Below, in pieces: positions 20,464-30,157 of a stretch of 64,000 nucleotides of DNA (positions within the stretch are counted from its first letter, which is position 1; every line of letters begins with the position of its first letter). The DNA is from Cyanobacteriota bacterium (lineage in GTDB: Bacteria > Cyanobacteriota > Cyanobacteriia > Cyanobacteriales > Nostocaceae). The notes under the pieces were generated by a model. The model was not told where the DNA came from. It saw only the letters and a program-made list of their open reading frames with translations, and searched no databases. The DNA lies in assembly GCA_046045965.1 (NCBI GenBank), contig JBJOKS010000002.1, positions 32,001 to 96,000 on the forward strand, in the 5' to 3' direction. The translations under genes were made by a program, and so were the position numbers.

Positions 20464-22581
20464 TCAAAATACTTTTCTTCCTTCTAAATGCTGATTAATT
20501 TCCGGTTTTGTTCGCCACACAGGATGCAACTTTTTCTCTGCAAATAATGGCAATTGATCACTAATATGAGATGAACCTGGTTGAGTTGCATTGCCATAAC
20601 TATTTAATGCCATTGCTCGAACTGGTTGAGAAAATTCTACTGCTGCTACAAAAGAGTCACCACCGACAGATTGAAAACGTCCCTCTGCGGGAGCAAAATC
20701 TACAACTCTAAATGTTCCCAAATATCCATCAGACCCATTAGCAGGTAAATCTAAATTACCCACTCGCAAACGGAAAACTTCTCCCCAACTAACATCTAAA
20801 CTACCGTAGGTTGCTTTTATTTCTTTGGTAACTTTTTCTAATAATTCTACCGCCGCTTGGGGGTTTGCTAAACCATCAGGTGTAGTTAGGGGTTGGTTTT
20901 CATTCCAAGGTTGACTAAATGCTGTATCAAAATCTAATTTATCTGCCCAAGCTGCAAATAAAACCGCACCTTTACTATTAGCATTAGCTTGTCTATCCCA
21001 TTTTTTAAGAACTTCAGTCGCTTGTTTTGCTAATTCATTTCCTTGTTGTGCAGCCGGAATTAAATCATCAAGAATTCGGTCTGCAAATTCCATGCGGGTA
21101 GAATGTTTATAAGCAATCATTTCCTCAAAGGAAATACTTTCATCTTCTGCTAACATTTTGGCAGAACGTTGAGCGCGAAAATACATTGGTCCCCGTGGTG
21201 CTATGTATGATGGATAATTATCTGCTTTGATAGCAATAGGAAAAGTAGTTGTCCAAGGTGCATCATTAGCATTTTGTAACCAACCACTGGATGGATCAAT
21301 TACTTTTGGTAAGTCTTGATAAGGGTGAAATTTAGTCCATAAAGTTTTGGATGTGTCTCCAGGAATTACACCTTGCCAATATTTAAAATCTCCTTCTTTT
21401 CGCACGGGAACTAAACCGTTAAATAGGTGCATAATATGTCCTTCCTGGTCGGCATACATGATGGTAAACATGGGAAGTTGCAACCGTTGTACTACTTTTT
21501 CAAATGCGGTGAGATTTTGCGCTTTTGACATATCCCACCACTGTTCTAATATGCCTGGTCTATCTTGACCGACTACCCTAAGTGCAACTGCTTTACTGTT
21601 TTTTTCGCTAATTACAGGACCATGAATAGAGTTTTTGATTGTTAATAGTTGCTCTCGAAAAGAGCCATTTTTTTGTTTGACTTTTAAGAAAAAATTGTTG
21701 GTTTGAAAAGGAAGAACTTTGTTATCGAAAAGATAACCATCTTTTTGTAATTTCAGTTCGTAGACATCCCAACCATCATGGGTGTTAACGGTGTGAGTCC
21801 AACCTAAATTATCATTGAAGGCGATCGCTAACACAGGAATACCTACCAATGTCGCCCCATAAGCATCAATTCCTGGTGCGGTAATTTGCGCTTCATACCA
21901 TAAAAATAAATCTCCCCAAGGCAAATGAGGGTTTGCTAATAACATTGCTTTATTATTAGCAGAATGTTTTGGTGCGATCGCCCAACCATTAGAACCAGGA
22001 GCAGATTTTTTATCATTAATATTAGCAATTCTGCCAGGATCAACTATAAAGGTATATAACAAAACTCTTTGCAAATGACTCAGTACATCCTGGGGTGTCA
22101 CAGGTAAAACCACCTTTACCTGATCATCAATTAAATCAGGATTTTCCTGAGCATAATTATTAATACCCGTTGCAAAAGCATCTAAATAACTGCGAAATTC
22201 AGGACTTTGCTTTTCATACCAAGAATTAGCTCGTTTAGGTACATCCATTGTTAGTACCCATTTATCGGAATCTAAATACTTTTCTCCCCAATATTCAGAT
22301 GCTTTTCCTCTAGCTTGTCCATAAAGACGTAACAGCAAATTACCATGACTTTGCATTTGCGCCCAACCAAAGGCTTTAAAAGCATTCTCGGATTTATTAG
22401 CATAAATATGAGGAATACCGTAAGTATCCCACAGTATTTCTGTTGTTTTGGGAACTGTACTAAAACTTGGAATATTCACCACCAAAGCAAAGATGATACC
22501 AATTAAAAAAGTTAGAAATCTGCGTGATTTTTGTCGCCAGTTTAAAGAATAATTAAACTGATTTATTGCAGTAATAAACAT
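20464..22581 (-). CDS. Ntn-hydrolase acylase (penicillin/GL-7-ACA acylase, PvdQ-like), exported
   Basis: N-terminal hydrophobic signal; WDTYGIPHIYA; autoproteolytic GSNGW (Ser nucleophile); ANPHL; QNAN. Confidence 0.9.
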   Translation of the reverse strand: MFITAINQFNYSLNWRQKSRRFLTFLIGIIFALVVNIPSFSTVPKTTEILWDTYGIPHIYANKSENAFKAFGWAQMQSHGNLLLRLYGQARGKASEYWGEKYLDSDKWVLTMDVPKRANSWYEKQSPEFRSYLDAFATGINNYAQENPDLIDDQVKVVLPVTPQDVLSHLQRVLLYTFIVDPGRIANINDKKSAPGSNGWAIAPKHSANNKAMLLANPHLPWGDLFLWYEAQITAPGIDAYGATLVGIPVLAIAFNDNLGWTHTVNTHDGWDVYELKLQKDGYLFDNKVLPFQTNNFFLKVKQKNGSFREQLLTIKNSIHGPVISEKNSKAVALRVVGQDRPGILEQWWDMSKAQNLTAFEKVVQRLQLPMFTIMYADQEGHIMHLFNGLVPVRKEGDFKYWQGVIPGDTSKTLWTKFHPYQDLPKVIDPSSGWLQNANDAPWTTTFPIAIKADNYPSYIAPRGPMYFRAQRSAKMLAEDESISFEEMIAYKHSTRMEFADRILDDLIPAAQQGNELAKQATEVLKKWDRQANANSKGAVLFAAWADKLDFDTAFSQPWNENQPLTTPDGLANPQAAVELLEKVTKEIKATYGSLDVSWGEVFRLRVGNLDLPANGSDGYLGTFRVVDFAPAEGRFQSVGGDSFVAAVEFSQPVRAMALNSYGNATQPGSSHISDQLPLFAEKKLHPVWRTKPEINQHLEGRKVF

Positions 22582-22631
22582 GGTATTTTTTTGTTAAAAA
22601 ACTCTCAATATTTTGATTTTAAGAATATTCA

Positions 22632-23420
22632 CTATTTACCCTTGCGTCCTATAGGTACACACATAGGAGTACCCACAACGGGATCATCAACAACACGACA
22701 ATCTAACCCAAATACCTCTTTTACCATTTCCTCATTCATGACTTCTTGTGGTTCTCCAGCAGTAAAAATTCTGCCTTGTTTTACAGCAATTAAATAATCA
22801 GCATAACGACAAGCTTGATTTAAATCATGTAACACCATGACAATAGTTCTCTGCTGAAATTTGTTCAACTCATACAACAAATCTAAAACTTCTATTTGAT
22901 GTGCTAAATCTAAAAAAGTAGTCGGTTCATCTAACAGTAAAATATCTGTATCTTGAGCTAATGCCATAGCAATCCAAGCACGTTGTCTTTGTCCACCAGA
23001 TAAAGTATCTAATGCTCGTTCTGAAAACTTGACTAAATCTGTAATTTCTAAAGCCTGTTGCACAATTTTTTCATCTTTTTCTGACCATTGTTGTAACCAA
23101 CTTTGATAAGGATAACGACCTTGAGCGACTAAATCTTTAACTGTTAAACCTTCTGGTGCTACTGGACTTTGGGGTAAAATTCCTAATTGTTGAGCTACTT
23201 CTTTTGTGGAAAGTTTAAAAATAGATTCTCCATCCAGATATACAGCACCATTACTAGGTTTAAGTAATCTAGCCAAACCTCTTAATAAAGTTGATTTGCC
23301 ACAGCCATTAGCACCAACTAAAACACTAATTTTTCCCAGAGGAATTACTAAATTTAAATCACGAATAATGGTAGTACCATCATAAGCTAAAGTTAAACTT
23401 TTCGTTGATAATCCTTTCAT
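22632..23420 (-). CDS. fecE: Fe-siderophore ABC ATPase (FecE/FhuC)
   Basis: [33 protein letters not shown]. Confidence 0.9.
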   Translation of the reverse strand: MKGLSTKSLTLAYDGTTIIRDLNLVIPLGKISVLVGANGCGKSTLLRGLARLLKPSNGAVYLDGESIFKLSTKEVAQQLGILPQSPVAPEGLTVKDLVAQGRYPYQSWLQQWSEKDEKIVQQALEITDLVKFSERALDTLSGGQRQRAWIAMALAQDTDILLLDEPTTFLDLAHQIEVLDLLYELNKFQQRTIVMVLHDLNQACRYADYLIAVKQGRIFTAGEPQEVMNEEMVKEVFGLDCRVVDDPVVGTPMCVPIGRKGK

Positions 23421-23426
23421 GAAAAT

Positions 23427-23525
23427 TTGGTAATTGGTAATTGGTAATTAATAATGTATTCGCTATTTTCTATGCTTTCTTCACTGTCACCTGTCACCTG
23501 TCACCTGTCACCTGTCACCTGTCAC
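23427..23525. repeat. STRR heptamer tracts (TTGGTAA)x3 and (CTGTCAC)x6
   Basis: Read directly at 23427-23447 and 23484-23525. Confidence 0.9.
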
Positions 23526-24599
23526 CTATTTCTTCCGATTACGAATTAATAAATACAAAAAATAAGGAGCGCCTACACCAGCAGTAACAACTCCACAGGG
23601 AATTTCAATAGGTGCAAATAAAGTTCTTCCTAATAAGTCGGCAACAGTAACAATCATTCCCCCTAATAGTGCTGATGTGGGAATTAAACCTTGATGATTT
23701 GTACCTACTAACTGTCTGCCTAAATGGGGTGAAATTAAACCGACAAAACCGATCATTCCCGCAGTAGCTACTGATGCACCAGCTAAAGCAACTCCTACTA
23801 ATAGTAATAAACTACGTTGAATTTCTACAGACGTTCCTAAACTTCTAGCAACATCATCTCCTAAATTTAAAGTGTCTAAATGTCTGGCTAAAAGTAAAGA
23901 CATGGGGATAAAAATAATTAACCAAGGTAAAAATGAAAATACCTGTTCCCAAGTTCGTCCGTAAACGCTACCAGCTAACCAAACTAAAGCATCATTAACG
24001 TTGTAAATTTCGCCGAAAGTAATCATTAAACTGGTAAAGGCGCTGGCGATCGCTGATAAACCCACACCCATTAAAATTAATAAAATTGGTGAACTACCAT
24101 TATTCCAAGCTAACCAATAAATTAAAGTCGCCATTAACAAAGCACCACCAAAAGCAGATAAAGGTAAGGTGTAAATTGGTGCTGAAGGAAATAAAACAAT
24201 CACTGTCACTGCTGCCAAACTTGCCCCAGAATTGATCCCAATAATACCAGGATCAGCTAAAGGATTGCGTGTTAAACCTTGGAAGATAGTTCCAGAAATT
24301 GCTAATGCTACTCCCACCATAAAAGCCACTACGGTACGAGGTAAACGCAGGGTGTAAATAACAAATAAATGATCAGGGTTTCCTGTATTTACTCCCAATA
24401 AAGTTTTAATAATATCCACTGGTGAAATAGGATATTCACCCCTACCCACATTCATCACTATCGCTACACCAATTATTGCTAATAAAAATAACAGCATTAT
24501 TGGTACACGGCGATCTATCCGAAAAGATATCGCTGAGGAACGTATCACCAATATATTGGATTTTGAAAGTGTTGCTGTATAGTCTTCTCTTCTTTCCAT
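23526..24599 (-). CDS. fecD: Fe-siderophore ABC permease (FecD-like)
   Basis: LRLPR, RNPLADPGIIG, LGDDVA, IGFVGL motifs of the FecCD family. Confidence 0.88.
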   Translation of the reverse strand: MERREDYTATLSKSNILVIRSSAISFRIDRRVPIMLLFLLAIIGVAIVMNVGRGEYPISPVDIIKTLLGVNTGNPDHLFVIYTLRLPRTVVAFMVGVALAISGTIFQGLTRNPLADPGIIGINSGASLAAVTVIVLFPSAPIYTLPLSAFGGALLMATLIYWLAWNNGSSPILLILMGVGLSAIASAFTSLMITFGEIYNVNDALVWLAGSVYGRTWEQVFSFLPWLIIFIPMSLLLARHLDTLNLGDDVARSLGTSVEIQRSLLLLVGVALAGASVATAGMIGFVGLISPHLGRQLVGTNHQGLIPTSALLGGMIVTVADLLGRTLFAPIEIPCGVVTAGVGAPYFLYLLIRNRKK

Positions 24600-24606
24600 C
24601 TAGTTC

Positions 24607-24645
24607 AATTTTGGATTTTAGATTTTGGATTTTAGATTTTGGATT
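24607..24645. repeat. STRR-like TTTTGGA/TTTTAGA heptamer tract
   Basis: Read directly between fecC and fecD. Confidence 0.75.
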
Positions 24646-24697
24646 CCAAAAATGTGTTTTTTTCAACAATTGTCAATTATCAATTGATAATTAACTT

Positions 24698-25705
24698 TCA
24701 TTTCTTCACCTTTGATTTAGCCAAATAAACAAAAAAGGGAGCGCCCACCAATGCTGTCATTACACCTACTGGTAATTCCTGGGGTTTAAGCAGGATACGG
24801 GCAGAAATATCTGCTATTAATAGTAAAGTTGCCCCGACGACAGCAGAATAAGGCAAAATCCAGAGATAATTGGTTTTAATGAAAAATCGAACAGTGTGAG
24901 GAACGACTAAACCAAGAAAACCAATGGGTCCTGCAAGGGCTACGGAACTTCCTGCTAGTAAAACTACGCTAATAGCAGTAAGAATTTTAATCCAGGCTGT
25001 TTTTTGACCTAAACCTTTAGCTACATCTTCGCCTAAACTCATGGTGGTAATTTGTTTACCTAAAGCCAAGGCTATTATTAATCCCAATGTGACAAAAGGT
25101 AGAGCCGAAAAAAGAATATTGGCATCTCTACCAGATAATGAACCAGCTAACCAAAATCTAATTTCTTCTAGTGTGCGTTGACTGATGATCAAAATAGCAG
25201 TTGTCAGGGAAGAAATTAAAGCTGTGAGTGCTGCACCTGCGACTGTAATATTGAGTGGGGTAGCGCCTCCTTTTCCCAGTGAACCCAGGAAGTAGACTAA
25301 AATCGCTGTTATTCCCGCACCCAAAAAAGCCGCAATAGTTAAAGTAGTAACTGAGGAAGTACCAAATACAAAAATGGTGGCAACTACGGAAAGTGCAGCA
25401 CCAGATTCAATCCCCAAAATACCGGGATCTGCTAAGGGGTTACGGGTTAAACCTTGCATTAATGCCCCTGATACTGCTAGGGAAGCACCGACTAAAATCG
25501 CAATGAGCGATCGCGGTAATCTGACTGTTTGAATAACTAAGTGTTGATATGAACCGTCAAAGCTGACAAAGGATGTCAAAATCTGATCTATTGGTATTTC
25601 TGCCGATCCTAATGTGACACTAGATACTAAACAAACTAGCAACAGCACTAAACACACAATTAAGCTAAATACAGGTTTAGCCGCCGAATTAATCAACATC
25701 CTCAA
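24698..25705 (-). CDS. fecC: Fe-siderophore ABC permease (FecC-like)
   Basis: VRLPR, RNPLADPGILG, FWLAGSL, PIGFLGL. Confidence 0.88.
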   Translation of the reverse strand: MRMLINSAAKPVFSLIVCLVLLLVCLVSSVTLGSAEIPIDQILTSFVSFDGSYQHLVIQTVRLPRSLIAILVGASLAVSGALMQGLTRNPLADPGILGIESGAALSVVATIFVFGTSSVTTLTIAAFLGAGITAILVYFLGSLGKGGATPLNITVAGAALTALISSLTTAILIISQRTLEEIRFWLAGSLSGRDANILFSALPFVTLGLIIALALGKQITTMSLGEDVAKGLGQKTAWIKILTAISVVLLAGSSVALAGPIGFLGLVVPHTVRFFIKTNYLWILPYSAVVGATLLLIADISARILLKPQELPVGVMTALVGAPFFVYLAKSKVKK

Positions 25706-25724
25706 CTCCTGACTGCTTTGAAAA

Positions 25725-26123
25725 CTATTTCCGTGTGGCTATTCCTAACTTCACTCCTTCTACCTGTCGCACTTTATCCATCACTGCTACTACTTGTCCG
25801 TGATTAACAGCTTCATCGGCATTAAGAATCACCATTAAAGGTTTTTCTGGTTCTACTTTTTCTCTCACCTGGGCTGCTAATTGCTCTAAACTAACCGCTT
25901 CTTTATTCAAAAATATCTTGCCAGTATTATCAATAGTTAATGTTACCTGTGCCGGACGATCTGTTTTCGCCGTAGCAGCTTGAGGTAAATTAACTGGTAA
26001 ACCCTCAGAACGAGTTAAATACAACGTTGACATGATGAAAAATGTCAAAATTGCAAAGATTACATCAATCATTGGCACAATGTTAATCTGTGCTGGTATT
26101 TCCGGCTCATCTTGTAGACGCAT
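25725..26123 (-). CDS. exbD: Biopolymer transport ExbD
   Basis: INIVPMIDVIFAIL TM motif; VNLP; ADEAV. Confidence 0.92.
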   Translation of the reverse strand: MRLQDEPEIPAQINIVPMIDVIFAILTFFIMSTLYLTRSEGLPVNLPQAATAKTDRPAQVTLTIDNTGKIFLNKEAVSLEQLAAQVREKVEPEKPLMVILNADEAVNHGQVVAVMDKVRQVEGVKLGIATRK

Positions 26124-26760
26124 AGGTTTTTTCTCCTCTTTCGTAGCGACGACGATATAGTAGTTCTAAATGACCACCATATTCTTGAATCAAAGCAATT
26201 TGTCTTTGATAAAATCCCCGGAAAGTATTAGCAAAAACCAGTGTAAAAATTGCCACAATTAAACCTGTAGCGGTAGAAACCAACGCTTCACTAATACCGC
26301 TAGTTACACCCGCTGCTTTTGTTCCTCCAACATCACCGATATTCAGAGAAGCAAAAGAACCAATTAACCCCAATACAGTACCGAGTAACCCTAACAGGGG
26401 CGCGAGGGCAATAATGGTATCAAAAATTGTATTAAATCGTTTAAACAACGGTATTTCTGCTTGGGCTTCACTCTCCAAGGCCAAGCGAAATTCTTCTGGA
26501 TTTGGTTCTTCTAACTCTAAAGCTGTCAAAAAAATCCGTGCAATTGGTAAATCTGCATTCTTTCGCAGTGTATCAATTGTACTGACCACATTGTCTTGAC
26601 GATAGAGATTCAACACATTTCTGACTACCCGTTGCTGACGGGTACTGATTGTTACCCAAAATTTTATCCGTTCGATAATTAGCCCTACTGCCAAAACAGA
26701 AGACAGTAGTAGGGGCCACATGACCACACCACCTGCGGTAAACAGATTTTTGATATCCAT
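26107..26760 (-). CDS. exbB: Biopolymer transport ExbB (MotA/TolQ/ExbB family)
   Basis: APLLGLLGTVLG, GISEALVSTATGL. Confidence 0.92.
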   Translation of the reverse strand: MDIKNLFTAGGVVMWPLLLSSVLAVGLIIERIKFWVTISTRQQRVVRNVLNLYRQDNVVSTIDTLRKNADLPIARIFLTALELEEPNPEEFRLALESEAQAEIPLFKRFNTIFDTIIALAPLLGLLGTVLGLIGSFASLNIGDVGGTKAAGVTSGISEALVSTATGLIVAIFTLVFANTFRGFYQRQIALIQEYGGHLELLYRRRYERGEKTYASTR

Positions 26761-26814
26761 GTCCGATTTTCAAGCCTTGCGATGAAATTTCCTGACTATT
26801 TTAGCGAGTATATC

Positions 26815-26864
26815 TGATATCACTTCTCAAGTTATTAAATTAAAGCAAATGAGAATATATGTCA
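26815..26864. promoter_or_regulatory. Two Fur-box-like 7-1-7 sites in the divergent exbB/tonB promoter region
   Basis: TGATATCACTTCTCA (26815-26829) and TGAGAATATATGTCA (26850-26864), each 10/14 against TGATAATnATTATCA; iron-uptake context. Confidence 0.5.
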
Positions 26865-27045
26865 ATGTTTTGCCACATCTTTAGGGAATAATACAGTCTC
26901 TGCTGGGATAAAAATCGCTGTAATTATTTGCTAGTAAGAGATTTAGGGTAAAATCCGCAAATACAAGAACTCAAAGTTATTGATTGACTTTTGCATATAA
27001 TTTCTGTTATTCTTCCAAAGTTACTGAAAATTGGTAGCAATAAAT

Positions 27046-28611
27046 ATGAGTTTTTCCAGCACAGCCATAGAGCAGCGAGAAAAAGAATTAAAGACACTGA
27101 CAACCTTTTTGACTTATAGCTTGATTGGCTCTTTGGCTATACATATTGGGTTGCTGGCTTCTGGTATTGGTAGTCTACTTACAAAAGTACCAGAAGAAGA
27201 ACCAGTGGAAATCACTTTTGTTGAGACTCCACCGGAAGAAGACATAAAACCAATAGAAGCACCGGAAGAGGAAATAAAACCTAAAGTTGTTGATAATTCG
27301 CGGATTTTCACAAGTTCGAGTAATTCTCATACCTCTCCAACGATATTTGTGCCGCAACCACAAAAAAGTGCAGTGGTTTCAGCGCCACCTCCTGTCATTC
27401 AAAAACAGCAAGTGCAACCTCCTGTAGTTCCTGCTCCGAAAATAGAACCTCTCAAACCTTTACCTTCTATCACAAAGGAAACTGTATCACCTCAAAAAGT
27501 AGATACTCAGCCTCAAGCAGTTTCTCAGCCAAAAAATATCGTTACAAATACTGCTAGTCAACCCTTAACTACAGAGACATCTGCTGTTCCAACATCCTCA
27601 CAACCCAGTTCTGATTTAAGGAATGTGTTGGCAGGAATTAGAGATGGGAGAGCAAGTCAACAAGTTACACAATCATCTCCAGATACTTCCGGTGGTGGTG
27701 GAAATACGGGAGAGAAAACCACAGGAACACGCATTCCTCGTAGCTTTGACAATAGTGGCGGTGGGAATAATGAACCAGCAAATACTACCAAAGTTGCAAC
27801 AGCACCTACAACACCAAAAATAAATAACCCTAATACAAACTCTAATACAAACTCTAATACAAATTCTGGTAGCGGTAGTGGTCGTGCTGCTTGTCGGGAG
27901 TGTAATACAAATTATCCAGAGTGGGCAAGGAGAAGAGGAGTAGAGGGTAGAGTTGAAGTAGCTGTTGATACGGATGATAAAGGTAATGTTACTAAAGTCA
28001 GGTTGTTGAGATCCAGCGGTAACGAAAAATTAGATGCAGAACATTTAGAGCGAGCGCAAAAGTGGAAACTCAAACCCAGTGCAGAGGGTAGACAAGGTGT
28101 TAGTATTGGTACAGAATATGCGATCGCAGGTTCTCAACGACATCGCCAATTGCAAGAACGCAAGAAACAAAGAGAAACAGAACGAAGGAATAGTGCATCT
28201 ACCAACAACGCGAGTAATTCTGCCAGTGAAACACCAAGACGCAGAAGAAGATTGGTAACATCCGTTAGTGACAATATTCCTAGAGAAGCAAACACAGAAA
28301 CCAGAAAAATTCGCCGCAGAAGAAATGCAGCAGCATCAACTGTATCTACTTCTACTTCATCAACAGCTAGTAGACAGCGTTTGGGAGAAGCCCTCAGAAG
28401 AAGAAGAAGAAGAGAGCAAGCAGCAACTAATACTTCTGCATCTTCAGGACAAACAGCAAGAAGAAGACGAAGATGGGAAATAACCCCAGCTTCCTCAGTC
28501 AGTACCAATAGTAGCAGCAGTTCTCAACCTACCAGACGGCGGCGACGTTTGGAACAACCTACGCCTTCAGAGCAAAATCAACAACCATCACAATCAAGTG
28601 ATAGTAATTAG
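27046..28611 (+). CDS. tonB: TonB energy transducer with long Arg/Ser-rich C-terminal extension
   Basis: N-terminal TM with SxxxH (SLAIH), Pro/Glu-rich spacer, TonB-C motif YPEWARRRGVEGRVEV...SSG. ATG 27046 preferred over TTG 27031. Confidence 0.85.
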   Translation: MSFSSTAIEQREKELKTLTTFLTYSLIGSLAIHIGLLASGIGSLLTKVPEEEPVEITFVETPPEEDIKPIEAPEEEIKPKVVDNSRIFTSSSNSHTSPTIFVPQPQKSAVVSAPPPVIQKQQVQPPVVPAPKIEPLKPLPSITKETVSPQKVDTQPQAVSQPKNIVTNTASQPLTTETSAVPTSSQPSSDLRNVLAGIRDGRASQQVTQSSPDTSGGGGNTGEKTTGTRIPRSFDNSGGGNNEPANTTKVATAPTTPKINNPNTNSNTNSNTNSGSGSGRAACRECNTNYPEWARRRGVEGRVEVAVDTDDKGNVTKVRLLRSSGNEKLDAEHLERAQKWKLKPSAEGRQGVSIGTEYAIAGSQRHRQLQERKKQRETERRNSASTNNASNSASETPRRRRRLVTSVSDNIPREANTETRKIRRRRNAAASTVSTSTSSTASRQRLGEALRRRRRREQAATNTSASSGQTARRRRRWEITPASSVSTNSSSSSQPTRRRRRLEQPTPSEQNQQPSQSSDSN

Positions 28612-28643
28612 AAGGGGTGTGGTTAAAAGTAGTTGGTAATTGA

Positions 28644-28686
28644 GCGATGACCCTCCCGCGCGGGCTTCGCCCGCCGTAGGCATCGC
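28644..28686. repeat. Small GC-rich dispersed repeat bounded by HIP1 halves (GCGAT...ATCGC), with hairpin
   Basis: GCGATGACCCTCCCGCGCGGGCTTCGCCCGCCGTAGGCATCGC; internal GCGGGC-TTC-GCCCGC stem. Confidence 0.6.
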
Positions 28687-29247
28687 CAATGGTTTATTGC
28701 GCTAATCAACCCACATTCTGCACTTCAAAAAGTAGTATAGTTAGTTTTTAAAAGCTATTTCAACAACAATATTTAATGTGTGTAATCAGTTATCAAAAAG
28801 ATAACCGATGACATCGTAAAACTAGAGAGAAAAACTAAGTTAATAAATAATATTTTTGACAAGTAGTAGGTAGAAATTGCAAGATATGACAACGCGACTC
28901 AGTATTTGTAGAGTTTATCCATGACTCTACCTATTTTATTTTTATCATCATTTAAATATAGTGATCCGATTTGATTTATGTCCGCGTAGCGTAGCATAAG
29001 CCATATTTTTCGTAGAGGCAAGGAACAGGGAACTCTGTTTATTATACAATTGGTTGACAGATTTTAAATGTCTGCCATCCATAATAAACGAAGTTCCCAT
29101 GTTACCTACCATTGACGCTAAAATTAAACTTCCTTGGGTTGATGCTGGGGGGTGAGAATTTGTCAAATAGGCTTGACCTTTGATGCCTGAAGTTTTTCAC
29201 AATCTAAAATCTAAAATCCAAAATTGTAGATAAGCAGGAGTAGACAC

Positions 29248-30042
29248 TTGAAAAAGGCTGGGTTTCCAGGAAAACCGCAAAACTCATCATCAGGACCCGG
29301 TGATGATATTCCAGCGGCTTTACGCGATACTCCTGAGAGCGGGTCTAAGCTGCGCGTGCAACCGCTAGTTTTGGTGATTGGGGGATTAGTAGGATTTATG
29401 GTGATGGCTGTAGGTAGTGGTTTTTTATTTTTTCTGACAGCACCTAACAAAAATGCTGATTCTCAACCAAAACCAGCTAGTTCTATACCAGCAGCAACTA
29501 ATACCCCAGCTAATAATAATGATACGGTTTTGGGACATCTAGCATATCCAGAAGCACCAGAATCAGAACTTTTACCAATTACCGCCGATGGCCGGATCAA
29601 AATGCGACAAGCAGCCGCCCAAAGGTTTCAGCAAATGGCACAAGCAGCCAGAAGCGCAGGTGTAATTTTAGTGCCAATTTCTGGTTTTCGTTCAGTGAAA
29701 GAACAGGAACAGTTGTTTTTTACTATTGGCGCTCAACGAAATCAAACCCCCGCCCAAAGAGCCGCCCTCAGCGCCCCTCCTGGTCATAGCGAACATCATA
29801 CAGGCTATGCAGTAGATATAGGAGATGGAGCAGTACCAGCAACTAACCTACAAGCTAATTTTGAGAATACAAAGGCTTTTGTATGGATGCAAGCTAACGC
29901 AGCCCGGTTTGGTTTTGAATTGTCTTTTCCCAGGGATAACGCTCAAGGTGTGAGTTATGAACCTTGGCATTGGCGTTTTGTAGGCGATCGCAACAGCTTA
30001 GAAACATTCTACAAAGCCAGAAATATCAAACCTGTACAGTGA
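29248..30042 (+). CDS. D-Ala-D-Ala carboxypeptidase, M15B (VanY-like), membrane-anchored
   Basis: SGFRS, SEHHTGYAVD (SxHxxGxAxD), EPWHW. Confidence 0.9.
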   Translation: MKKAGFPGKPQNSSSGPGDDIPAALRDTPESGSKLRVQPLVLVIGGLVGFMVMAVGSGFLFFLTAPNKNADSQPKPASSIPAATNTPANNNDTVLGHLAYPEAPESELLPITADGRIKMRQAAAQRFQQMAQAARSAGVILVPISGFRSVKEQEQLFFTIGAQRNQTPAQRAALSAPPGHSEHHTGYAVDIGDGAVPATNLQANFENTKAFVWMQANAARFGFELSFPRDNAQGVSYEPWHWRFVGDRNSLETFYKARNIKPVQ

Positions 30043-30155
30043 CTGGGGACTGGGGACTGGGGACTGGGCATTGGTAAAAATCTTTTCTTCCCCTGCCTCC
30101 CCTGCCTCCCCTGCCTCCCCTGCTCCCTGCTACCTGCTACCTGCTCCCTGCTCCA
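30041..30155. repeat. STRR1-type (GACTGGG)x4 plus CCCCTGCCT/CTGCTMC tracts
   Basis: Read directly between convergent genes. Confidence 0.85.
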
Positions 30156-30157
30156 TC

